This document shows, piece by piece, positions 8,963-16,286 of a stretch of 31,056 nucleotides of DNA. A program made the position numbers and the translations under genes. Source of the DNA: Planctomycetota bacterium (GTDB lineage: Bacteria; Planctomycetota; Planctomycetia; Pirellulales; Lacipirellulaceae). The notes under the pieces were generated by a model. It saw only the letters and a program-made list of their open reading frames with translations, made no database searches and was not told the origin of the DNA. Within the stretch, counting starts at the first letter, position 1. Each line of letters starts with the position of its first letter. The DNA is taken from contig JBCCXZ010000049.1 in NCBI GenBank assembly GCA_039190745.1, positions 1 through 31,056 on the forward strand. Reading direction: 5' to 3'.

Positions 8963-9946
8963 ATGCAGCAAGACAATCGCAACTACCGAGAAGGCCAGGC
9001 CGGCGGGGGCAACCGCAATTACAAGGAGGGGAGGCCGAAGGGCCGTCGCCGAGGCGGTGGTGGAGGCGGTGGTGGAGGCGGTAAGCGCGGTGGGGGCGGT
9101 GGCGGTGGACGGAGTCGGTCCCGTCGCATTGACGTGTCCGTCTCTTGGGAAGACCAATGCCGGTTTCGGTTCAAAGTCGATCCTCCTATTCCGATTCCGC
9201 CGCTGCGTCGTAGCGACACCTCGGGGCGTAGGACGGTTGGCCCGCACAAGAAGCAGCTGGTGATCCTCGCGGTCGATGACAGCGAGTCGATGCAGCACGA
9301 TGGAAAGTGCTTCGCGGCGGCCGAGGCGGTCAAAGAGATGGTTTATCGGATGAAGCTCCGCGAACAGACCTCTTCCGCCGCGTTCGACATCGCGATTTTC
9401 TCATTCGGCCATGCAGTGCGTTCGATTGACCACTTGATGCTCCGTCCGGTAGCGGAGGTCGACGAAGATGTCTACAGCTTTCAGGGTAAGTCCGGCGGCA
9501 CCAGGATCTACAACGCTTTGGGTGAGGTGTGCGCTCTGCTGTACGCCTATCAGTTGGGGTATTACGACCTCCATGAAGCCCCCGAAACGGTGCCTCCGCC
9601 ATTGGTCATCATGCTCAGCGACGGGTGTGATCGTGACAGCGAGCACGACCCGGTTGCGGTCGCCCAGAAGATTACGTCAACCGATCTGCCGATCGGCCTG
9701 CCTCCCTTGGTCGTCACCGTCGGCGTCGAGTTCACCGATCGGTTGCTGAACGACACCTTGCTTAAACAGATGGCGAGCAAGACCGACGACGGGACGCCGC
9801 TGTACCTCGATATCGGCGAGGCGGACCAGCTCGCCGACTGCCTGGCGACCGTTGGCAGTTCGGCGGCAACGACCGCCAACACGTTGTACGCCATGATCAG
9901 TCATCTCACCCAAACGACTTCGACCCCTCCTGAGCCGAGCAGCTGA
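8963..9946 (+). CDS. vWA (TerY-like) domain protein with Gly/Arg-rich disordered N-terminus
   Basis: MIDAS motif VILAVDDSESM (DxSxS), GGTRIYNAL, VIMLSDG. ATG at 8963 after GGAAGG. Its stop overlaps the next ATG (TGATG). Confidence 0.88.
   Translation: MQQDNRNYREGQAGGGNRNYKEGRPKGRRRGGGGGGGGGGKRGGGGGGGRSRSRRIDVSVSWEDQCRFRFKVDPPIPIPPLRRSDTSGRRTVGPHKKQLVILAVDDSESMQHDGKCFAAAEAVKEMVYRMKLREQTSSAAFDIAIFSFGHAVRSIDHLMLRPVAEVDEDVYSFQGKSGGTRIYNALGEVCALLYAYQLGYYDLHEAPETVPPPLVIMLSDGCDRDSEHDPVAVAQKITSTDLPIGLPPLVVTVGVEFTDRLLNDTLLKQMASKTDDGTPLYLDIGEADQLADCLATVGSSAATTANTLYAMISHLTQTTSTPPEPSS
9052..9110 (+). repeat. GGN trinucleotide low-complexity tract encoding poly-Gly
   Basis: GGCGGTGGTGGAGGCGGTGGTGGAGGCGGT... 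encoding G10-KR-G7. Confidence 0.85.
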
Positions 9947-10770
9947 TGGGAGGTGGAATCAAAGAGTCCGATCCGCTGTCGAGTTGGGCCGCTCAACGCG
10001 ATGCCGAGCTGCACGACTCTCTCGCGTCATGCGGCAAGGTTTATCGAGAAACGGCGCAGCTGTCGGTTGCGGGCACACGGGTCTCGTTCGCCAGCCTCGC
10101 TGGCCGCAAAGCGGTGAACGAGGACGCGGCGGCCGTGTGGGTTGCGGGACGGCCCGGCTCGATCCGTTGGGCGGCGGCGGTTGCTGATGGCGTCTCGGCG
10201 TGTCTGCTCCCCGAGCTGGGCAGCTCGCTCGCCTGCCTCTCAGCGCTCGCGGCCGTCGCGGCACATCAAGGCGAGGCTAGCGGCTTGCGGCCGATTGCCG
10301 CCGCTTCCGAAGCGATGCAGCAGCTCGCCGAGGCGGTCGCGGGCCGTCCCGAAGCGTGGCGTCCCGGCTCGGTATCCCGGAGCATGTGGAAACGCGTGCT
10401 ACGCGACGGCGCTTACTTTCAGACCACGCTGACGGTGGTGTGGGAGGCGGATGACGGGCTGTATGTGGAAGGCCTAGGCGACGGCGGTTTTTCGGTTGGG
10501 GTGGAAGGCGGCTCGATGGGGTTTGTGCCGAACCCGAGCCTTGCGGTCAGCTGCATCGGTCCCGGCAGGAGCGACAGCGCCTTGTATTGGCACTCGTACG
10601 CCCGCTGGAGAGACGCCGCGGTGTTCACCGACGGACTGTCTCCCTGGGTCGAGAATGGTGGCGACCCGTGGGGATGCGCAGACGCCGCGGGGGCTTTGGA
10701 GGCTTGCCTCGAAGCGGATGAAACGACCGACAACCTGACGCTGCTTCTCGTTTCGAGGGAAGCGGCATGA
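9946..10770 (+). CDS. PP2C-family protein phosphatase (TerY-P associated type)
   Basis: Motifs NEDA, AVADGVS, QTTL, GLGDGG, VFTDGL, DNLTLLL. Overlaps both neighbouring genes. Confidence 0.88.
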   Translation: MGGGIKESDPLSSWAAQRDAELHDSLASCGKVYRETAQLSVAGTRVSFASLAGRKAVNEDAAAVWVAGRPGSIRWAAAVADGVSACLLPELGSSLACLSALAAVAAHQGEASGLRPIAAASEAMQQLAEAVAGRPEAWRPGSVSRSMWKRVLRDGAYFQTTLTVVWEADDGLYVEGLGDGGFSVGVEGGSMGFVPNPSLAVSCIGPGRSDSALYWHSYARWRDAAVFTDGLSPWVENGGDPWGCADAAGALEACLEADETTDNLTLLLVSREAA

Positions 10771-11981
10771 CCGATTTTCCGACCATCAGTGGTCGCGGGG
10801 CCGCAGGATTGCTGGGGAAGACGTGGAGGATTGCCGGCCGCGAGTATCGATTCGGGACGGAGCTGACCGAAGGCAACGAAGCGACCCTTTTTCCGCTTCT
10901 CGACGCTCGCGGCGAGCACACGCTGTACCTGCGAGTCCCTAAGAGCGGCAAGATGACCGCGCCGCGGCTTCGCCGGACGGAATGGCTGGTCGCGAGACGT
11001 CTCGACCAACGGTCCGGAGCGTTCGCAGCGGCTCCGCGGGCCTGGGCGTCCACCGCGGTTGATGGCCGAGTCCCGAGGGTCGATCACGATTTCGCCGGGA
11101 CGCTGCACGCGGTTGTGCCTGGCAGAAGCTGGCAGAGCATCAAGTACGACATCTACGTCGGAGAGGCATCGGCTCTTTCGCTCGAAGCCCGACAGGCCGT
11201 TGCGCGAGATTTCCTCATGCAACTGGCCGATCTGGAGTGGTGCGGGGTCGTCCACGGGGACCTTTCCGACGGCAACCTGGTCGTTGACTTTCGGCAAGGC
11301 ACGTGTCGGCTTGTCGACTTTGACGCTTTCGTCTGCAACGGCGACCCGTCGCTGCTCCACCCCTGGCTATCGGTTGGCGATGGCGGTGTGAAAGGGACGC
11401 CCGGCTACATGCCGCCGGACCTTGAGGCGCAAGCCGACCCCGAGGCGTCACCGTACTCCGACCGGCACGCCCGCGACATGCTCCTGATCGAGCTGCTTTC
11501 CTTCGGTAAAGGCGACCACCATGACCGGTCCCCAACGCACTGGGGTAACCAGGCGGTGTTGCGTGCCGCCCTCGAACCGTTCGCTCAGGGGTTGCGTCTT
11601 GAGCATCTGCTGAGGGAAGACCTCTTCACTCTGCCCGAGACCCAGAGGCCATCGAGCCGGGAGCTGGCCGAGGGGTTGGGATGGCGACCGCCGGTCGAGC
11701 GTGACGACGCGCCAAGGACTCTCTTGGAAGAGGCCGAAGCGATCTGGTCAGGCGCCGTTGGGGCCGCGGTCGCGGCGAGCCTGTTGTTGGCGACCGGCGT
11801 GGGCTACGTCGCGATGCTGGTTCGGGGGAGCTGGTTGTCCTGGCCTTGCCTGTTCGCCATGGTTGGGTTGGTTTGCGTTATCGTCTCGGAAGACGTACGC
11901 GACTTCACCGAGCAGTGGCGTCGTACGGGGTACTCGCTCGGTTGGCTAGTCAGCAAGGTTCGAGGTGGCGGGAGTGGATAG
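10767..11981 (+). CDS. Protein kinase-like protein (TerY-P associated type) with two C-terminal transmembrane segments
   Basis: Catalytic loop HGDLSDGNLVV, LVDFD, GTPGYMPP, SDRHA. ATGA overlap with the PP2C stop. Hydrophobic AVGAAVAASLLLATGVGYVAMLV and WLSWPCLFAMVGLVCVIVS. Confidence 0.87.
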   Translation: MTDFPTISGRGAAGLLGKTWRIAGREYRFGTELTEGNEATLFPLLDARGEHTLYLRVPKSGKMTAPRLRRTEWLVARRLDQRSGAFAAAPRAWASTAVDGRVPRVDHDFAGTLHAVVPGRSWQSIKYDIYVGEASALSLEARQAVARDFLMQLADLEWCGVVHGDLSDGNLVVDFRQGTCRLVDFDAFVCNGDPSLLHPWLSVGDGGVKGTPGYMPPDLEAQADPEASPYSDRHARDMLLIELLSFGKGDHHDRSPTHWGNQAVLRAALEPFAQGLRLEHLLREDLFTLPETQRPSSRELAEGLGWRPPVERDDAPRTLLEEAEAIWSGAVGAAVAASLLLATGVGYVAMLVRGSWLSWPCLFAMVGLVCVIVSEDVRDFTEQWRRTGYSLGWLVSKVRGGGSG

Positions 11982-12053
11982 CGCAGCGGACTCGATGATA
12001 AGAGAGAGGCCAGCGACGGCGCAAGAAGGAAGAACCTTCGCTAGAACCTCTCC

Positions 12054-12072
12054 ATCGCTCAGATTGAGCGAT
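12054..12072. terminator. Hairpin between convergent genes
   Basis: Perfect 8-bp stem ATCGCTCA-gat-TGAGCGAT between the kinase (+) and small protein (-) stop codons. No U-tract. Confidence 0.4.
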
Positions 12073-12080
12073 CGCGAGCG

Positions 12081-12359
12081 TCAGAACTCACCGGCCGAGG
12101 CAAGCTGGTCCGGCGCGACGCCGAAGATCCAGCTGTGGGCCAGGTCGGTCACCTTCGCCACCAGCGGCAGGTCGTCACGCCCAAAACTGGCCGTGTCCTT
12201 CCACTCGTCGCCGTCCTTGTAGAGCCGGCTGATGGTGACGTTGTGCCGCGTGCCATTCTGGGTTTCGTTCTCCCAGATCGCCGCGCGGACACGTCCGACA
12301 CGGACCTCGTGAACCGGACGCGACTTCTTCGACTCGCCGTTTCTCGCTTGGGTAGCCAT
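12081..12359 (-). CDS. Small conserved mobile-element protein, probable ssDNA-binding protein (PC4/whirly-like beta-sheet plus helix)
   Basis: Strong RBS AAGGAG before the ATG at 12359. Sequence RPVHEVRVGRVRAAIWENETQNGTRHNVTISRLYKDGDEWKDTASFGRDDLPLVAKV suggests four beta strands with exposed aromatic/basic residues and then a helix. Function is inferred. Confidence 0.7.
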   Translation of the reverse strand: MATQARNGESKKSRPVHEVRVGRVRAAIWENETQNGTRHNVTISRLYKDGDEWKDTASFGRDDLPLVAKVTDLAHSWIFGVAPDQLASAGEF

Positions 12360-12435
12360 CGTAGAATCTCCTTGAAAAAGGAACAGAAAACGTAGCAACG
12401 CCGCCACACACGGCGCCGTACAGCACGCACTCGCT

Positions 12436-13461
12436 TCACGCGGCGAGCGCCAAGAGCGTCGCCGCCTTCGCGTCGATCTCGACCCGGTCGCCCGCGTAGC
12501 GCATCTCTTGGGCGAGCCGTGTCAGGGCGTCAACCAGAGAGAAGATCGAGAACCGACCGCTCTCCAGGGCCAGCTGGGTCGCCTTGGCCGCGAGGCCACG
12601 GGGGATCCCTTCGTTGGCGAGCGTCTTGAGGACGTCGTCGGCGTCCGATCCGAGCGATTGCTTCATGGCGGTCGAGACGACCTTCACGAAGCCGTCGCGT
12701 CGCTCGTCCCGTTTGGCCACCAGCCGCTCGATTAGCCGGCGGATTTCCGAGAGCCCGTCGCCCACCTTAGCGGTGTGCTTGCGGGTGAATTCGACGACCT
12801 GGACCGCGTCCCACACGATGTGGTTCTGGCAGACCGCCTGGAACCAGAACGTCTGGATGCCCAAGCTCCGCCGTCCCACTTCCGAGTTCCACACAAAGAA
12901 ACCCGGCGCGAACGCCTCGCCCTCGATCTCAATCCACCCGGTAGGGTCGATCAAGAACGCGAACAGGTCCTGCTCGCCGCAGTAGAGCCCAGTCGCGCCG
13001 TTCATGCCGACTTGCGGCGGCTCGAAGTCACCGGCGAACTCGCTGACGACCGACAAGAGGTCGTCGTTCCAGAGCCGAGTGTAGCTGACGCCGTGCAGCG
13101 AGCGGATGCTCTTGCCGGTTGCCAGCAGCTGCAGCGGCTTGTCGCTCGCAGGGAGCGTCTCGCGCAGGGCGCGGCTCGCCGTTTCGGGCGTGAGCCGGTT
13201 GATCGTCTCCTTGCTGACGCCGGCGAGGCGGCAGAGCTGGGAGAACGACCAGTCGCTGAGGCGATGCGTTTCGCCACTATCGAGCGAGACGGTCACTTCG
13301 CCACCCGACGCTTGTGGCCGCAGCTTCTGCGGCGGTTGCCAGTGGTCGGTCGAAAACCGCTTCTCGCGTGAGCAGTGCTCTCGTAGCTCCTGGAGGGAGC
13401 CGAACCGTTCGTCAGGGGATCGCTCGAACAGTTGGTCGGACGCACGCTTGAGGGTCGTCAT
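12436..13461 (-). CDS. DUF932-family (phage/plasmid-associated) protein
   Basis: Family-like motif GFFVWNSEVGRRSLGIQTFWFQAVCQNHIVW...FTRKHT. RBS GGAG upstream of the ATG at 13461 (MTTLKRAS). Confidence 0.8.
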   Translation of the reverse strand: MTTLKRASDQLFERSPDERFGSLQELREHCSREKRFSTDHWQPPQKLRPQASGGEVTVSLDSGETHRLSDWSFSQLCRLAGVSKETINRLTPETASRALRETLPASDKPLQLLATGKSIRSLHGVSYTRLWNDDLLSVVSEFAGDFEPPQVGMNGATGLYCGEQDLFAFLIDPTGWIEIEGEAFAPGFFVWNSEVGRRSLGIQTFWFQAVCQNHIVWDAVQVVEFTRKHTAKVGDGLSEIRRLIERLVAKRDERRDGFVKVVSTAMKQSLGSDADDVLKTLANEGIPRGLAAKATQLALESGRFSIFSLVDALTRLAQEMRYAGDRVEIDAKAATLLALAA

Positions 13462-13483
13462 GGTCTTCACTCCATAGAGGGGG

Positions 13484-13512
13484 AAAGAAAAAAACAGCCG
13501 AAACGAGGCTGA
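13484..13512 (-). terminator. Intrinsic terminator-like hairpin plus U-tract directly upstream of DUF932 (possible attenuator)
   Basis: Minus strand reads CAGCC-tcgtttc-GGCTG-TTTTTTTCTTT, ending about 20 nt before the start codon. Confidence 0.5.
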
Positions 13513-13821
13513 GCCGGAGGCTGTGCATCACAGCCAACGACTCAACCCCGCTCCGACTGCGTGAAGTGAGAAGACCCACTGGAAGAGTCGGGGAGCACAC
13601 GAACTCGTGCGCATGCCGCACTCAAAAACCTGAGTTGTTGCGCCGCCGCCTCCTCCGTGCGCGGCTCGGGGCTCGTGGGTGGACGAACGACCGAGCTTCG
13701 CAAGGGTAAGGCGACAGTTGTCGCTTCTACCAATGACCGAATTATGAATGAGCCGTCAGATTCACGGACCTCCTCCGCAAACCTCACCACCCTTATGCGG
13801 GAATTGGTCGTGAGTGTGCTC

Positions 13822-14118
13822 TTAAGACGCGAAAAAACTCGGCGGAGTGTCGGAGAAGCCGGCCGGTTCGGGCGTGATGAGCCCCGCGTCGATCGCCGCC
13901 TCGTTGAGCAGCCAGAGGGCGGGCCGGTGGTGGCCGCAGGCGATAAGCCAGCGGATCAACTGGGCGTTGTCGGTATCGAGGCAGGCCCAGTAGCAGCGCT
14001 CGTGGCTGCGGCGTCGCCTGCGGCAACGCCGCAGCAGGAATCGCTCGGCGTGGGCCGTTTCTTCGGCGATCAGCTCGAGCCCTGCCGGCGAGACGATGAT
14101 GAGGTAGGCTTCGGTCAT
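13822..14118 (-). CDS. Small hypothetical protein
   Basis: Protein-like sequence MTEAYLIIVSPAGLELIAEE...RFLLRR...CYWACLD. Co-oriented and closely spaced after the WD40 gene. Alternative start at 14133. Confidence 0.6.
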   Translation of the reverse strand: MTEAYLIIVSPAGLELIAEETAHAERFLLRRCRRRRRSHERCYWACLDTDNAQLIRWLIACGHHRPALWLLNEAAIDAGLITPEPAGFSDTPPSFFAS

Positions 14119-14163
14119 ACCGAGCCGTACCACGGATCGCCCTGATCAAGCAACGACGACGCT

Positions 14164-15498
14164 TCAATCCTCGGGGTCGGGTTCGACCGTTTCGAGCGTC
14201 AACTCGCCGCCGCCGTAGTAGGCGATCCACTTGCCGTCCGGGCTGAGCCGAACGATTTCCGCTTCGACGTTCTGGGGGGCAGCGAACTGTCGCAGCTTGT
14301 CGCCGCTCTCGGCCGACCAAGTGGCGACCTCCCCGCTCGGCGCTGCAACGGCCAACACGCCCTGGGGGCTGATGTCGAAGCTGTTGAGCAGTGCCTTGGG
14401 CGATCGGGCCCGGGTCTGCGGAACCCACCAATCGTCCGGGTCGTCAACCTTCGCCTCGTCGCGGATGGTCGGCTTCCAGCCGAGGTTGATCTGCCGTTCG
14501 ATCTGGTGGGTTTTGCAGCCGACGACGTAGACCGAATCGTGGCTGCCTACCAGTAGGTCCCCGTTTGTCGGGTTGTAGCGCAGCTGGATCCAGGAGTCGT
14601 CGAACGGCGTGGCGGCGAGTCGCTGCCGTGTCGCGACATCGTAGGTCTCGATTAAGTAGCGGGTCTTGCCCTTCTCGCGGCGTTTGCCGAGCGAGGCGAG
14701 TCGCTTGCCATCGGGCGACATAGCGCGTTGGCCTATTTGCTCGGTCTCTTCGAGCGCCAGGATCGAGTTGATGTCGCCCGACGCCGCGTCGAGCAGCACG
14801 ACGTACTCGTCGCTGCCGAAGACGACACACGGCGCCCCCTCACGGTGCGGCCGTTCTGGCAGGAACCGTGCCTTGCCGCTGCTGAGGTCGCCCCGTCGAC
14901 GCACGACCTCAAACACTTTGGGATTGCGTTTGCCACGCGGGATGATCGTGAGGTCGATCCGCGTCCCCGCCGGCCCGTTCAGCAGACCGTTTGCGTTCTT
15001 GACCCCGCGGCCAAGCACCGAGTTGGTGCGGCCGAATTCACGCACGGCGACCAACTCGCTTTCCTCGGGCACTCCGGTTTGATCGAGTGGTCCTCCGGCC
15101 ACGAAGTTGCTCAAGATCAGCTTGCCAGCGACCTCGTTCAGCTCAAGGCCGAGGTAGCCGGGGTCGAAACGCCAACCCACCCTCGCGATTGCCCCTGTCT
15201 GGAGATTCAGCGCTTGGGTGCTGCGAGTCGAGACGAGAATCGCCATCCCGCTATCGCGGCTGATCCCGAGAGCGAAGGCGGCGGTCGGCTTCTCGTAGAG
15301 CACGCGGCCACCGCCAACGTCCAGCACCATCGTCCCCTTGCCGCTGGTGAAGAGGAGCTTATGGCTATCGGGCGTGAACTCCATCGCCTTGGCGGTGTAA
15401 GCACGTCCCGAGCGGTTGAGAACCCGGAAGGTGTAGAAGTCGGCGCTGGCGTCACACGCCATTGCGACCCAGCACGCGAGGGCGAGTCGAAGAATCAT
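14164..15498 (-). CDS. Exported WD40-like beta-propeller protein with inserted PDZ-like domain
   Basis: Signal peptide MILRLALACWVAMACDASA after a GGAG RBS. Blade motifs FTPDSHKLL, MSPDGKRLAS, ISPQGVLAVA, LSPDGKWIA. PDZ-like insert GYLGLEL...NFVAGGPLDQTG...LNGPAGTRIDLTI. Confidence 0.8.
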   Translation of the reverse strand: MILRLALACWVAMACDASADFYTFRVLNRSGRAYTAKAMEFTPDSHKLLFTSGKGTMVLDVGGGRVLYEKPTAAFALGISRDSGMAILVSTRSTQALNLQTGAIARVGWRFDPGYLGLELNEVAGKLILSNFVAGGPLDQTGVPEESELVAVREFGRTNSVLGRGVKNANGLLNGPAGTRIDLTIIPRGKRNPKVFEVVRRRGDLSSGKARFLPERPHREGAPCVVFGSDEYVVLLDAASGDINSILALEETEQIGQRAMSPDGKRLASLGKRREKGKTRYLIETYDVATRQRLAATPFDDSWIQLRYNPTNGDLLVGSHDSVYVVGCKTHQIERQINLGWKPTIRDEAKVDDPDDWWVPQTRARSPKALLNSFDISPQGVLAVAAPSGEVATWSAESGDKLRQFAAPQNVEAEIVRLSPDGKWIAYYGGGELTLETVEPDPED

Positions 15499-15863
15499 GG
15501 CAAGGCTCCAGGTGTTACACGCTCGCAAGCCACGATTCTAAGCAGACCAAAGGCACGTGTCGAAATCAGGGTCCGCGAAGGCGCTGACTGCCATACTTCT
15601 CGCTTTCGGCGCCAAGCGTTCTAAGACTGGTCTCGCAATGGCTTCCGGTCGTTTAGCCGTCTTCCTCGGGTCCAAAGCCCTCACGCGGCTCGGTATTGCC
15701 TGAGATGCCTGCGGTTAGTTGCAGGCTTAGGTCTCACCCGATTTACGAGCGGTCCTGCCTCCCGGGTTGGCGGGGCGTATGGCTGACACGATCGTCTCAC
15801 CATGGTCGGCGCCGACTGCCTTCTCCCGAGTCTGCAAAAAGTGAGTCTCGGCGAGATGCGTCC

Positions 15864-15994
15864 CGGCTTCCTTCCCTTCGCTCGTTTGGCCCTCGCCTTG
15901 CCCTGGGCCGAGCGAACGGAGGGGAGGAAGTCGATTGGACGATGGCGTCGCCGCCGCTGCCGCCTCGGCTTACTTTTGCAGAGCTTGGAGGCCC
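15864..15994 (+). repeat. Structured non-coding repeat, copy 1 (long hairpin plus conserved downstream block)
   Basis: Stem GGCTTCCTTCCCTTCGCTCGTTTGGCCC / GGGCCGAGCGAACGGAGGGGAGGAAGTC, then block CCGCCTCGGCTTACTTTTGCAGAGCTTGGAGGCCC. Homologous to 27822-27960. Confidence 0.88.
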
Positions 15995-16286
15995 TCTTCG
16001 CCAAGCCCGTATCCAGTTCTTCGCCATGCCGACATCAGCCCTCCAGCGTTCCCAGTGCCATAGGCGTGTCACTGTCAGGGCGCGTGTCTTGGACGACCTA
16101 CACGTTCGGCCACGTGTTAACAGACAATGAAGACCCTGTAGTCTGCTACCTAAGTCTTACGAATCCGCCGGCGCTGATTATCGTCCTGACCTGGAGGTGA
16201 TAGACTGCGGTTTCCCGACCAGCGGCTGCCTAAGCCGCCGTACCAGTGGTTTGCGTTCGAGATGAAGAGGAAGCCGAGCGGTCGCT

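Noticed and set aside
13775..13800. CCGCAAA...TTATGCGG as a second recombinase core site
   Set aside because: Spacer length and arm sequences do not match the 7862-7887 site.
15802..16200. Short ORFs over the two repeats sharing a peptide (GFLPFARLALA...EGRK vs GFLPVARLALA...EGRK at 27661-27909)
   Set aside because: The similarity is limited to the palindrome and is explained by base-pair conservation. The ORFs have different starts and ends and no RBS.
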